From assembly GCA_965279045.1 (NCBI GenBank), contig CBDIHJ010000032.1, positions 290 to 64,289 on the forward strand: a stretch of 64,000 nucleotides of DNA, in the 5' to 3' direction. Below the pieces are notes generated by a model. It made no database searches. It was not told the DNA's origin and was given only the letters and a program-made list of their open reading frames with translations. Positions 29,168 to 38,997 of the stretch are shown here, in pieces. A program made the translations under genes and the position numbers. The DNA comes from Henriciella sp. GTDB lineage: Bacteria > Pseudomonadota > Alphaproteobacteria > Caulobacterales > Hyphomonadaceae. The stretch's first letter is position 1, and each line of letters opens with the position of its first letter.

Positions 29168-31063
29168 TCAGTCCCAGGGATTAAACCGCGTGCGCGGCTT
29201 CAGGATATCGGATTCGGCGTCGTCCTGATCCTCTGCGGGCGCTTCGGCGCTGGTCGTAGGCGTTGCTGTTTTGGCTTGGGCATAGCCTTCGGGAAGGCTG
29301 ACTTTGCCTTCTGGTTTCGGAAGCACATCATCCGTCGCATCGATCACGATTTTGTCCGAACCAGAGTCCGAGGCGGTAGGCCCGGGAATGCCGCTCGCTT
29401 CGGTCTTCGCTGACAAAGCTCCAAGCCCAAAGCCAGCGCCGATGCCACTCAAGCTGTAGGTTTGGGCCTCGGGTGCAGGCGCTGGTGATGGCTCAACGCT
29501 CACAGAGTCAGTGGCGACGGGCGTTTCCGCCGGTGCTTCAACCGGAGAAGGCGTTTCCGGGGTGGTAGCAGGATTTAGGTCGAATGAGACTGGCGGCGTC
29601 TCCACACTTTCTGGCAAAGGATCGGAGATATCAGCAAAAGTGGTCGAGGAGTGTGCCTCTGCAGTGGCTACTGTTTCCTCGGGTGCTTCAGGCTCGGTCT
29701 GGACCAATTCCGCCACGGCGATGGTCGACTCGGTGGGGTGGACCTCGGCGAAAGCCGTTGTTTCAATTTCAGACGTCTCCGTTTCCGGCGTTTCAGAGCT
29801 CGAGACGTCAAGCGTGACTGTTTCCTCGGGTTCTTCTGAATACGAAGTCGCGAGCGGTATCGTCGTTGGCTCGATCTCTGGCTCAGTTGCTGCGACCTGG
29901 GGCTCTGCGGTATCCTCAACAGTATCTGCCTCAGGTGAAGATTCAGCGTTCACCGCAAACGGTACAACCGTTTCGGTGACCTCTGGTTCCGACGCAGCTT
30001 CTTCTTGAGCTTCCGGCGTTTCTGACACGGTGTCCTCAGCAACCGTCCCAAATGTTAGCGGTTCCGATGCGGGTTCGTCAGTACCGAGGCCAAACGGCAC
30101 ATAGGCAGGCGGCGTATCAAGCGCGCCTTCGTCAAGGCTGAGCGGGCTTTCCTCGGCAGCTGGGGCAACCTCGATGGAGGGGGCGGGTTCGGAAACGGCT
30201 TCTGTGCCTGATTCTTCTTCCGGCGCGTCCTCTTGAGTGAGGCCTGCTGCCAAAGCGACAGCCCCAACGGCTGAGGCAGCCGCCGCATTTAACGTGGAGT
30301 CTTCACGCTGATTGACTTCATCGGCAAGCCGCGCAACCGCTTCGGTAACTTCGGTTTCAGATTCAGCATCAAACGCAGCTTCGAGCTCCGGCGCAGCTTC
30401 GATCGTTTCGATCGCGGCAACTTCATCCTCGTTAGACACCACGGTTTCCGAGGTCTCGACTTGGTCAGCAACCCTCTCGGTCTCTGTTGTCAGAGAGTCT
30501 GCAGCGAACGTGGTTTCGGTCTCAGGCTCATCAACCGGCTCCGACGGTAAGGCGTCTGAGGATGCTTCTGTTGGCTCATCTGTTACATCGGTTGGCTCGG
30601 GAGAGATCGATTCAATCGTTTCGGTAGCAAGATCCATCGTTTCGTCGACGGGATCTTCGGGCAGCGTTTCGGCTTCGACCACGGTCGGTTCTGATGTCTC
30701 AACGACCGAGGCGGTCTCTGACCCATCAGTCGAGGATTCCATCCCCGCCAAGAGCGTCGAGATTGCGACTTCGGTCCCGCGGGCAATTCGGGAGGCTTCC
30801 ATCGTCATGGCCGCAACGATTTCGGCGTAAGCGATCCCGCTCTCTGATTGCGTCGACGCGAGTTCTTCGGCGCTGGCGCGCTCCAATTCTTTACCGTCTT
30901 TGCTGGTAATGACCAATTCGTTCGGGCCTTCGGTCAAAGACACCGAATAGCCTTCGGTCGAATAATTGATCTGTCCAGACGCGCCTTCGGTCCAATCGAG
31001 CTTTCCCAGCTCGGTCATTTCCGCGAGACGATCAATCAGCTTGCGCGTAGATGCGTGCAACAT
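29168..31063 (-). CDS. Hypothetical highly acidic, low-complexity protein with a folded N-terminal domain
   Basis: 631-aa ORF with a GAAGGTGG RBS. The first ~110 aa look globular, the remainder is E/T/A/P/S-rich, and it ends ILKPRTRFNPWD. Confidence 0.8.
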   Translation of the reverse strand: MLHASTRKLIDRLAEMTELGKLDWTEGASGQINYSTEGYSVSLTEGPNELVITSKDGKELERASAEELASTQSESGIAYAEIVAAMTMEASRIARGTEVAISTLLAGMESSTDGSETASVVETSEPTVVEAETLPEDPVDETMDLATETIESISPEPTDVTDEPTEASSDALPSEPVDEPETETTFAADSLTTETERVADQVETSETVVSNEDEVAAIETIEAAPELEAAFDAESETEVTEAVARLADEVNQREDSTLNAAAASAVGAVALAAGLTQEDAPEEESGTEAVSEPAPSIEVAPAAEESPLSLDEGALDTPPAYVPFGLGTDEPASEPLTFGTVAEDTVSETPEAQEEAASEPEVTETVVPFAVNAESSPEADTVEDTAEPQVAATEPEIEPTTIPLATSYSEEPEETVTLDVSSSETPETETSEIETTAFAEVHPTESTIAVAELVQTEPEAPEETVATAEAHSSTTFADISDPLPESVETPPVSFDLNPATTPETPSPVEAPAETPVATDSVSVEPSPAPAPEAQTYSLSGIGAGFGLGALSAKTEASGIPGPTASDSGSDKIVIDATDDVLPKPEGKVSLPEGYAQAKTATPTTSAEAPAEDQDDAESDILKPRTRFNPWD

Positions 31064-31288
31064 TGGGAGGGCCCACCTTCTATGGTTCTAACTTACCGGT
31101 CTGTAATACCCTTTGAGATACGCCAATTCCTAGAGGCAAATGTGGCAATTCTGATGAAATAACGGTTATATACACTTGTTTTTGCGAGGTTTTCGGACAG
31201 GTGTACGAGCTTAAATTACGCGGTGTTTGAATCTGCCGGGCACCATGTAAAAGTCGGCGCGCAACCATCAGACGAATAGGATCTGAGT

Positions 31289-32062
31289 TTGGAACGATTT
31301 TGGTATTTTCTGATCCCCTTGGCCGTACTGATCGCGGCAGAAGCGATATGGCCTCGGCGTGAGCGCGTGTTGACGCGTTGGGCACGATGGCCCAGCGCCT
31401 TGCTGCTAATGGGGTCTGGGATTGTTTTGATGCGTCTCATCGTGCCCGCAGGCCTGGTGGGCATCGCGTTGATGGCGGACGCCGCAGCATTCGGCCTGTT
31501 CAATCAATTTACAGCACCTGCCTGGGTCGTTGCGATCATAGGATACTTGCTCTTTGATTTTGCTGTTTGGGCGCAGCATGTCGCGATGCACCGTGTCGAC
31601 TTTTTATGGCGCTTCCACCGCGTCCATCATGCCGATCCAGATTTCGATGTTCTCACTGCGCTGCGGTTTCATCCTGGCGAGATTCTCATTTCACTGGCCT
31701 GGAAGGGGGCCGTGGTCGCGCTTTTAGGGGCGCCAGCGATTTTTGTGCTTTGGTATGAAGTGCTGCTCAATGTCGGGGCGATGTTCAATCACTCCAATTT
31801 GAAGCTTCCAGTCGGGTTAGATCGATGGCTTCGCCTCGGCCTGGTGACCCCGGACATGCACCGCGTGCATCATTCCACGGACCATACTGAAGCCAACCGC
31901 AATTTCGGCTTTTTTATTCCATGGTGGGATCGGGTGTTTGCTCTCTATCAGAGCCAACCGACTGATGGGCATCGGAATATGCAAATCGGGCAAACTGATT
32001 GGCGCGCTGCAAAAGACCAATCCATTTGGGCGTTGCTGGTGCAACCGCGCTACAAGCCCTAA
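31289..32062 (+). CDS. Sterol desaturase / fatty acid hydroxylase family protein
   Basis: His boxes QHVAMH, FHRVHH, RFHP, FNHSN, HRVHH; NFG..PWWDRVF. Confidence 0.92.
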   Translation: MERFWYFLIPLAVLIAAEAIWPRRERVLTRWARWPSALLLMGSGIVLMRLIVPAGLVGIALMADAAAFGLFNQFTAPAWVVAIIGYLLFDFAVWAQHVAMHRVDFLWRFHRVHHADPDFDVLTALRFHPGEILISLAWKGAVVALLGAPAIFVLWYEVLLNVGAMFNHSNLKLPVGLDRWLRLGLVTPDMHRVHHSTDHTEANRNFGFFIPWWDRVFALYQSQPTDGHRNMQIGQTDWRAAKDQSIWALLVQPRYKP

Positions 32063-32730
32063 TCCGCGGACCAAGCCCGCCGCGTCTCAGCGATATCCTG
32101 AACAAAAGTCTTCACCGCCTGGTCGCCCGCATCGGCCAATCCCGTGCGGAACCCTTGGACCGTCAGATCGGGGGCGACGACCAAATAAGTCGGTGTCCAA
32201 CGAATGCGCAGGGCTTCACGAATGGAGGCGTCTTCATCGAGCACTGTTGGAAAGGACCAGCCTTTCTCATCGAACCAATCATTCACTGATGCATAGCCGC
32301 GTTTCGCTTGAGCGGCCCGATCGCGATTTTGCGGCGTGTGGATGGACATGAAGTCGACATCCGGATCCTGCGCTAAAGCCGTCGCGAGCGCCGCCGCATA
32401 AGTCGCGTCATTGCGGCTGTCATGGCACCAAATTCCCCAAACCTCGATTACGGTCCAGCCGCCTTCAAGCACCGCTGTCGAGAAGCTCGCGCCGCTGGTC
32501 AGCTCGCCGGTAAACTGCGGCAGCGTCTCGCCGAGACCTTCATAAGTGTAAGGACGACCATAGCTGTCGCGGGGCACATCGCCGCGACTGAGGTCCGCAG
32601 AGTCCGGGATCGCATCCCCAAGGCGATAATAGCCGACGGCTTTTTCAGCATCAGGATCGCTTGGGGGCGCGGCTTGGGCGCATGCTGCAAATCCAAGCAA
32701 GATCAGAACGCTTATTAGATATCGCAGCAT
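32059..32730 (-). CDS. Exported TlpA/redoxin-like thioredoxin-fold protein (CxxS)
   Basis: Signal peptide; LPQFTG..WTVIEVWGIWCHDS, FPTVLD, RWTPTYLVV. Confidence 0.8.
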   Translation of the reverse strand: MLRYLISVLILLGFAACAQAAPPSDPDAEKAVGYYRLGDAIPDSADLSRGDVPRDSYGRPYTYEGLGETLPQFTGELTSGASFSTAVLEGGWTVIEVWGIWCHDSRNDATYAAALATALAQDPDVDFMSIHTPQNRDRAAQAKRGYASVNDWFDEKGWSFPTVLDEDASIREALRIRWTPTYLVVAPDLTVQGFRTGLADAGDQAVKTFVQDIAETRRAWSAD

Positions 32731-32747
32731 GCACCTAACCTCTTTGT

Positions 32748-33194
32748 TTAAGCACCTGGAATGCGCAGAACTTGCCCGGGATAAATCTTATCGGGATGCT
32801 TCAACATTGGCGTATTGGCATCAAAAATGTCTGGGTAGCGCATCGCGTCCCCGTAATATTTCTTAGCGATTTTCGACAGCGTGTCACCGGATTTGACCGT
32901 GTGGAAAACGGAGTCCGCGACTTTCGCTTTGGATTTGACTTTCATCGAGTCATCCACTTCGCCGATGCCGCTGACATTGCCGGCCGCCAGGATCAATTTT
33001 TCCTTAGTCGCAAGGTCGGGAACGCGCCCCTCGAGTTTCACTTGTTTGCCCTCTACAGAGACCTTGAAGTCATTTCCGAGATCGTCGTCCAGACCAAGAT
33101 CCTCGACTTCTTTGCGAATAGCTTTTTCGGCAACCTTATTGCGGTCCGCAATAATCTCTTTGCCCTTGTTCAGCGCGAATTTGAATACGCCCAT
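32748..33194 (-). CDS. lysM: BON-LysM protein (Kbp/YgaU family)
   Basis: MGVFKFA..GKEI, KEKLILAAGNVSGI (BON), HTVKSGDTLSKIAK.YYG..YPDIF.AN.PML.HPDKIYPGQVLRIP. Confidence 0.93.
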   Translation of the reverse strand: MGVFKFALNKGKEIIADRNKVAEKAIRKEVEDLGLDDDLGNDFKVSVEGKQVKLEGRVPDLATKEKLILAAGNVSGIGEVDDSMKVKSKAKVADSVFHTVKSGDTLSKIAKKYYGDAMRYPDIFDANTPMLKHPDKIYPGQVLRIPGA

Positions 33195-33275
33195 TTTGGT
33201 GTTCTCCCCTTTGTGAACATCCCTGATTAGGGATGATTCATCGGTTCGTGAAGGGGTTTCCGCGACGTCGTTCCA

Positions 33276-33293
33276 CTTTACGTCAACGTTACC
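33276..33293. promoter_or_regulatory. Candidate LiuR-type operator
   Basis: CTTTACGTCAACGTTACC resembles the TTTACGTnnACGTAAA palindrome; it lies 68 bp upstream of the thiolase ATG. Confidence 0.55.
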
Positions 33294-33361
33294 CCTAGCC
33301 GGGGCCTGCTCGCTTCAGTAGGGTGCGCCGCAACATAGACCACTTACGGGAGTTAATCATT

Positions 33362-34570
33362 ATGCGCGAAGCCGTTATCGTTTCCACCGCCCGCACCGGC
33401 CTGGCCAAAGCGGGCCGTGGATCCCTCAATAACACACACGGCATCACAATGGCCGGTCACGCGATTAAGCACGCATTGGACCGCGCAGGCGTTGAGGCGG
33501 AAGCTGTCGAAGACGTCTTCTTGGGTTCAGCGCAGCCAGAAGGCGCAACCGGGCACAATGTGGCCCGCAACGCGGCGCTTTGGGCGGGCTGCCCAAGCTC
33601 GACCTCAGGCGCGACGATCAACCGGTTTTGCTCTTCAGGTCTGCAAGCGATCGCGAATGCGGCGCACACAGTCGTCAATGAAGGCGCGCCTGTAGCGATT
33701 GGCGGCGGTGTTGAAAGCCTGTCATTGGTCTCGCGCTCAGGTCACATGAACCTGCACCGCTACACTGAAGATGAGCTGATGGCGAAATGGCCAGCGATCT
33801 GGATGACCATGATTGAAACCGCGGAAATCGTTGCGGATCGCTATGGGATCAGCCGCGAAGCGCAGGATGAGTATTCTGCGATTTCTCAGGCGCGGACTGC
33901 AGAGTTTCAAAAGAATGGCTACATGGCCGAAGAGATCGCTCCGTTGAAAACGAAGATGATGCTCAAAAATAAAGAAACCGGCGAAGTGACCGAAGAGGAA
34001 GTGGTCTGCGATCGCGATGAGTGTAACCGTCCGGGCACCACGGTCGAAGCTTTGGCGGGACTGCCACCGGTCTTCTCTGGCGGTCAGCAAGTCCAGCAGG
34101 GCAAGTATATCACCGCAGGCAACGCCTCTCAGCTATCAGATGGTGCGGCGGCCGTTGTCGTTATGGAGGCGGAAGAAGCCGCGCGCCGTAACATTCAACC
34201 GCTCGGCCGGTTTATGGGTTTCAATGTCGGCGGTGTGGACCCTGACGAAATGGGCATTGGCCCGGTCAAAGCGGTGCCACGTCTGCTTGAGCGCCACGGC
34301 CTGAAAGTCGACGATATCGATCTTTGGGAACTGAATGAAGCCTTTGCCTCTCAGTGTCTCTATTGCCGCGACTTCCTCGGCATCGATCCTGAAAAGTATA
34401 ACGTCAATGGCGGGTCTATCTCAATCGGTCACCCATTCGGCATGACCGGTGCGCGTTGCACCGGCTCAATCCTGCTCGAAGGTCAGCGCCGCAAAGCCAA
34501 GTACGGTGTGGTCACTATGTGCATTGGTGGCGGCATGGGCGCTGCCGGCTTGTTCGAGTTCCTGCACTAA
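33362..34570 (+). CDS. Acetyl-CoA C-acyltransferase (thiolase)
   Basis: [63 protein letters not shown]. Confidence 0.96.
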   Translation: MREAVIVSTARTGLAKAGRGSLNNTHGITMAGHAIKHALDRAGVEAEAVEDVFLGSAQPEGATGHNVARNAALWAGCPSSTSGATINRFCSSGLQAIANAAHTVVNEGAPVAIGGGVESLSLVSRSGHMNLHRYTEDELMAKWPAIWMTMIETAEIVADRYGISREAQDEYSAISQARTAEFQKNGYMAEEIAPLKTKMMLKNKETGEVTEEEVVCDRDECNRPGTTVEALAGLPPVFSGGQQVQQGKYITAGNASQLSDGAAAVVVMEAEEAARRNIQPLGRFMGFNVGGVDPDEMGIGPVKAVPRLLERHGLKVDDIDLWELNEAFASQCLYCRDFLGIDPEKYNVNGGSISIGHPFGMTGARCTGSILLEGQRRKAKYGVVTMCIGGGMGAAGLFEFLH

Positions 34571-34594
34571 GGCTTGAACATCCCGAAATAAAAG

Positions 34595-34628
34595 AAAGCC
34601 CGCAGAGCGATCTGCGGGCTTTTTTATT
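34595..34628 (+). terminator. Rho-independent terminator after the thiolase
   Basis: AAAGCCCGCAGA-GCGA-TCTGCGGGCTTT followed by a T-rich tail. Confidence 0.85.
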
Positions 34629-34712
34629 ATTGGAACAGGGTAAATGTGGGTGCTGCAAAATGGGCAATTGCGGTTTTCGCATGGGGCCAGGACGAAACAC
34701 CGTTTCTGCGGG

Positions 34713-34795
34713 CCCTCATCCTGAGCGAAGTCGAAGGATAAGGGGCCGTGGCTTCCGGAAGCTCGCCTCGTCCTTCGACTTCGCTCAGGATAAGG
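34713..34795. repeat. Dispersed palindromic (REP-like) element, copy 2
   Basis: CCCTCATCCTGAGCGAAGTCGAAGGA, then a ~32-nt spacer, then TCCTTCGACTTCGCTCAGGATAAGG; arms shared with 13143-13238. Confidence 0.85.
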
Positions 34796-34906
34796 CTTAT
34801 CCAGCTTGCTTTACTTGCAGACACAGATGGCGAAATTGCCTCATTCTTTTGGGGCAGGTTTGATGGTTTATTGCCACCAATCTTGCCACTGAGGAGACTG
34901 ACGAAA

Positions 34907-35668
34907 ATGCTTCGACGATTGGTATGTGCTGCAACCCTGATCATTTGTAGTTGTGCTGCGCAAGCGGAAGAAACGCGCCTCGCGATCCGTGCGCTGGCGG
35001 GGGATGCGAAATTCATTGGTACCGGCATGTCCGGCATGGCGGTCACCGTGGAAGACGCTGATACGGGTGAGATCCTCGATACAGGCATTACGCGCGGGGC
35101 GACTGGCAACACAGACCGGATTATCCGCACCCCCAAGACGCGCTATGGCGCTCTCTCAGAGGAAGGCGATGCGGTCTATGTGTCGACTTTGGATTTAGAC
35201 GAACCGCGCCGCATTCGCGTCACCGTGCGCGGGCCGATCGCGCAACCTCAAGCGCGTGCCGAAGCGTCATCAACGCGTTGGGTTCTACCCGGCAAGCACA
35301 TTGAAGCTGGTGACGGATGGTTGATCGATGTCCCTGGCTTTGCCGTCGATATCGTTGCCCCATCGGCCTACACCTATGTCGATGACGACCCTGAGACGAT
35401 GCAGATCGTCGCGAATGTCATCATGGTTTGCGGATGCCCGACGTCTCCCGGCGGGACTTGGGATGCGGATGAAATCGAGGTGATGGCGCAGGTGCGCTTC
35501 AATGATGATGAAGTGATGACCGCGCCCATGACCTATACGGGTAAGCTCAGTCATTACGCCGTCGAGGTCCCGTCAGACCGCAAAGGCCCCTACGAAATTC
35601 TCGTCACGGCGTTTGATCCGCGTTCAGGCAATGCAGGCGTCGACCGCGCGAGCTTTATCGTTCGCTAG
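34907..35668 (+). CDS. Hypothetical secreted protein with a CGCP motif
   Basis: GAGGAG RBS, signal peptide MLRRLVCAATLIICSCAAQA; DAKFIGTGM, MVCGCPTSPGGTWD, GNAGVDR. Confidence 0.8.
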   Translation: MLRRLVCAATLIICSCAAQAEETRLAIRALAGDAKFIGTGMSGMAVTVEDADTGEILDTGITRGATGNTDRIIRTPKTRYGALSEEGDAVYVSTLDLDEPRRIRVTVRGPIAQPQARAEASSTRWVLPGKHIEAGDGWLIDVPGFAVDIVAPSAYTYVDDDPETMQIVANVIMVCGCPTSPGGTWDADEIEVMAQVRFNDDEVMTAPMTYTGKLSHYAVEVPSDRKGPYEILVTAFDPRSGNAGVDRASFIVR

Positions 35669-35689
35669 GCGCGCGGCGTCGTTCTGCAA

Positions 35690-37933
35690 CTATTTCAAGT
35701 CGACCCCATCGGCTTTGCCGACAACGGCCAGGGCAAAAGCGAATTCAAGCGCGGTTTCTTTCAAGCCCTCGAACCGGCCTGAGGCCCCGCCATGACCGGC
35801 TTCCATATTCACCCTCAGGAAATATGGGCCAGCCTCCGGGGCTTCATAGCGCAGTTTTGCAGCCCATTTGCTCGGTTCCCAATAAGTCACGCGCGGATCG
35901 CTCAACCCGCCTGTGATCAACATGGCTGGGTAGGGCAGGTCCGTCGTTTGATCATAAGGGCTGTACGCCATGATCGTGTCATAGTCCTCGGCGCTGGTGA
36001 GCGGGTTGCCCCATTCCGGCCATTCCGGTGGGGTCAGCGGGAGGGTATCGTCTGACATCGTGTTGATAACATCGACAAATGGCACGGCGGCGATGATCCC
36101 GGCGAACATTTCCGGATCCTGATTGGCGACCGCGCCCATTAAGAGGCCGCCCGCGGAACCGCCCATGCCGACCACATTGCCGCGAGAGGAGTAGCCTTCC
36201 TCAATCAAGAAATTCCCGGCATCGACATAATCATTGAACGTATTGACCTTTTTCTCGAGCTTGCCGTCCAGATACCACTGATAGCCTTTTGCCATTGAGC
36301 CACGGGGGTGGACGATGGCATAGACCATGCCGCGATTGGCCAGTGCCAGAGGGGTGGTTCGGAAGCTGGCCGAAATCGTGCTGCCATAAGATCCATAGGC
36401 GTAAAGCAGCATAGGCGCGGAGCCATCAATCGGCGTGTCCTTGTGATACAAAATGGTGACTGGAACCGTCTCACCGTCGCGGGCCGGTGCGAGGACACGT
36501 TTGACTTCATAGTCAGCCGCATCGTGACCAGAGGGCACTTCTTGTTCCTTGCGCAGCACCCGCTCTTTCGTAGCCAAATCATAATCGAAGGTCTGAGACG
36601 GCGTCGATGGTGACGAATAGCCGATGCGCATTTTCGTTGTGTCATACTCATAGCCGACTGATGTCCCGAGCGCGTAAGCTTCTTCTTCAAACGCGATGGT
36701 TTCTTCGGCGCCGCTGGCGCGCTCCCGCACAACAATGCGAGGAAGACCCTCGTAACGTTCAAGCCGGATCAGGTGATCCTTCAGCACGTCCATACCGAGA
36801 ATAAGCGTTCCGGCTTCGTGCGGCACGAGATCTGACCAGTTTTCACGGCCGGGCGCGTCGACCGGCGCAGTGACGATCTTAAAGTCGACTGAGTCATCAA
36901 CATTGGTCGAGATCACGAAGGTGTCACCCCAATGCTCAACACTGTATTCAACATCCGTTTCGCGCGGCGCGATCACTTTAAGTTCAGGGGTTTCCGCATC
37001 CGCTTCAAAATAATGGACCTCGGAGGTCGTGTGGCTGCCAGCGCCAATGAAAATGTACTCGCCGGATTGCGACTCACTGATCCCCAGAAAGAAACCAGGA
37101 TCCTGCTCGCGGTAAATCTCGGTCGAGCCATCGCCGCCGAGCTCATACATATGCACCGCGGCTGGACGCCCTTCATCATTGCGCTCAATCCAAAAGATCC
37201 GGTCTGAGTTTGCGCCCCAAGTGAAGGAACCATAGGTGTTCTCGATCGTGTCAGGCAGATCTTCACCCGTCTCGAGATTCTTGAACTTGATCGTGTAAAA
37301 CTCGCTACCCTGTTCATCCACGGCATAGGCGATCAGCTTGTGGTTGGGGCTGTGTTCGACCGCTCTAAAAGCGAAATAGGCCTTCCCTTCACCCATGGCG
37401 TCGCCATCGAGCAGGATCTCGTTTTCCGCGTCTTCATTGTAAATGTCCGCGGCCGCCCGGCGGGCAATGATTGGATACTCTCCGCCGGTTCTGTATTTTG
37501 TCAGATAGGCATATGGGCCATCAATCGAGGGCAGCGAGCTGTCATCCTCTTTGATCCGCCCGCGCATCTCTTGAAACAGCTCTTCTTTCAAGCCTTCCAA
37601 GGGGTCTTCGAGCAGGTCTTTGGTATAGGCATTTTCCGCCTCGAGATATTCGCGAATATCGGCCCGCAAGACGGTGGGGTCCTGCATGACTTGCTGCCAG
37701 TTTTCGTCCTTCATCCAATGATAGGGATCGACGCGCGTGCGCCCGACTTGTTCAATCGTTTTCAGCTCACGTTTCGCGGTCGGTGGCGTTAAGGTCACAG
37801 AGGTATCCTCAGCTTCTTCAAGAGGGGGTGGGGTATCAACAATCACTGGGTCAGTGACAAGATTTGCCGTTGAATTACATCCGGCCAGAACAGCAAGGCT
37901 GGCAGCACCAGCTAAGAGAGAGGAAACCCGCAT
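35690..37933 (-). CDS. ptrB: Oligopeptidase B (S9A), lipoprotein
   Basis: Lipobox LAGC; DPYHWMKD, YAYGSYG, GGSAGG nucleophile, VPFVD, DPRVTYWEP, AGHGG. Confidence 0.94.
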   Translation of the reverse strand: MRVSSLLAGAASLAVLAGCNSTANLVTDPVIVDTPPPLEEAEDTSVTLTPPTAKRELKTIEQVGRTRVDPYHWMKDENWQQVMQDPTVLRADIREYLEAENAYTKDLLEDPLEGLKEELFQEMRGRIKEDDSSLPSIDGPYAYLTKYRTGGEYPIIARRAAADIYNEDAENEILLDGDAMGEGKAYFAFRAVEHSPNHKLIAYAVDEQGSEFYTIKFKNLETGEDLPDTIENTYGSFTWGANSDRIFWIERNDEGRPAAVHMYELGGDGSTEIYREQDPGFFLGISESQSGEYIFIGAGSHTTSEVHYFEADAETPELKVIAPRETDVEYSVEHWGDTFVISTNVDDSVDFKIVTAPVDAPGRENWSDLVPHEAGTLILGMDVLKDHLIRLERYEGLPRIVVRERASGAEETIAFEEEAYALGTSVGYEYDTTKMRIGYSSPSTPSQTFDYDLATKERVLRKEQEVPSGHDAADYEVKRVLAPARDGETVPVTILYHKDTPIDGSAPMLLYAYGSYGSTISASFRTTPLALANRGMVYAIVHPRGSMAKGYQWYLDGKLEKKVNTFNDYVDAGNFLIEEGYSSRGNVVGMGGSAGGLLMGAVANQDPEMFAGIIAAVPFVDVINTMSDDTLPLTPPEWPEWGNPLTSAEDYDTIMAYSPYDQTTDLPYPAMLITGGLSDPRVTYWEPSKWAAKLRYEAPEAGPYFLRVNMEAGHGGASGRFEGLKETALEFAFALAVVGKADGVDLK

Positions 37934-38001
37934 TAATCACTCCGCTATTTATCGAATAGCGGCAAATTAACCAGCTTGCCTTCAATGTCTAGACGAGAAT
38001 T

Positions 38002-38427
38002 TTAAGTTTCAAACGGTCGGAAATTGAGCACGACGCCATTGATACACCAGCGCTGTCCAGTCGGTGGTGGACCGTCTTTGAACACGTGTCCCATGTGCAA
38101 GCCACAAACCGCACAATGGCATTCGCTACGCGGATAAATCAACTTGAAGTCCGTTTTCGTTTCGATCACGTCGTCACGAACCGGCTGCCAATAGCTTGGC
38201 CATCCCGTGCCGCTATCAAATTTATGCTCTGATGACCAAAGCGGCGTGTCGCAGCCGACGCAATGATAAATCCCCTCGCGCTTTTCGCTCTCAAAATTGC
38301 CAGGCGAAAAAGCGCGCTCGGTGCCTTCTTTGACCCCGACGCGGTACTGTTCAGGCGTTAGCAGCTCGCGCCACTCCGCATCGGTGCGTTTGATTCTCTT
38401 CAATTCTTGCTCGGGCGCAGACGACAT
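38002..38427 (-). CDS. msrB: Peptide-methionine (R)-S-oxide reductase (start may be 38445)
   Basis: GTERAF, CVGC, KFDSGTGWPSY, CAVC, HMGHVF.DGP.PTG.RWCING. Confidence 0.96.
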   Translation of the reverse strand: MSSAPEQELKRIKRTDAEWRELLTPEQYRVGVKEGTERAFSPGNFESEKREGIYHCVGCDTPLWSSEHKFDSGTGWPSYWQPVRDDVIETKTDFKLIYPRSECHCAVCGLHMGHVFKDGPPPTGQRWCINGVVLNFRPFET

Positions 38428-38472
38428 GGGTGGATCTTTCTCCATTAAGTACCCACCCAATATAGGTCACTT

Positions 38473-38928
38473 CTAGCCGTAGAGAACGGTAATGGTCTCT
38501 GCCACACAGGCCGGGCGATCATGGCCTTCAATCTCGATCGTGCATTCGGAGATCATTTGCTTGCCGCCAGCTTTCTCATTCACCTCTTTAACGGTCTGCG
38601 TCATCCGAAGCTTCGAGTTCACAGGCACCATGTTCGTAAAGCGGACTTTGTTGGCGCCATAATTGATGCCACGCGTGACCCCTTCGACGCGGAGGACCTG
38701 AGGGCCGAACATCGGGATCAGTGACAGCGTGAGATAGCCATGTGCAATGGTCGAGCCGAGCATTTGCTTGGCCATTTCTTCGTTGACGTGGATCCACTGA
38801 TGGTCGCCTGTGGCATCGGCAAATGTATTGATGCGCGGCTGGTCAACCTCGAACCAATCTGATGGGCCAAGTGTTTGCCCAACCAGGCTTTCGAGATCGC
38901 TATATTGTACGGATTTTGGATCAGCCAT
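38473..38928 (-). CDS. MaoC family (hot-dog) dehydratase
   Basis: FADATGDHQWIH, TIAHGYLTLSL, INYGANKVRF. Confidence 0.94.
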   Translation of the reverse strand: MADPKSVQYSDLESLVGQTLGPSDWFEVDQPRINTFADATGDHQWIHVNEEMAKQMLGSTIAHGYLTLSLIPMFGPQVLRVEGVTRGINYGANKVRFTNMVPVNSKLRMTQTVKEVNEKAGGKQMISECTIEIEGHDRPACVAETITVLYG

Positions 38929-38997
38929 GATTTCCTCCCAAGGATTTGTTTCTTTAATGATTAGTGGCGCTTAGCGGATCAGTCCGCAAGTGTTTCC

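Noticed and set aside
29511-30830. Ser/Val/Gly-rich plus-strand ORFs resembling adhesin repeats
   Set aside because: They are antisense mirror images of the Glu/Thr/Pro-rich minus-strand gene.
34690-34698. GGACGAAAC, resembling a hammerhead ribozyme core
   Set aside because: No matching CTGANGA segment or compatible stems nearby.
34748-34906. N-terminal extension of the 306-aa ORF (and ORF 34627..35136)
   Set aside because: It translates the palindromic repeat; the RBS and signal peptide point to ATG 34907.
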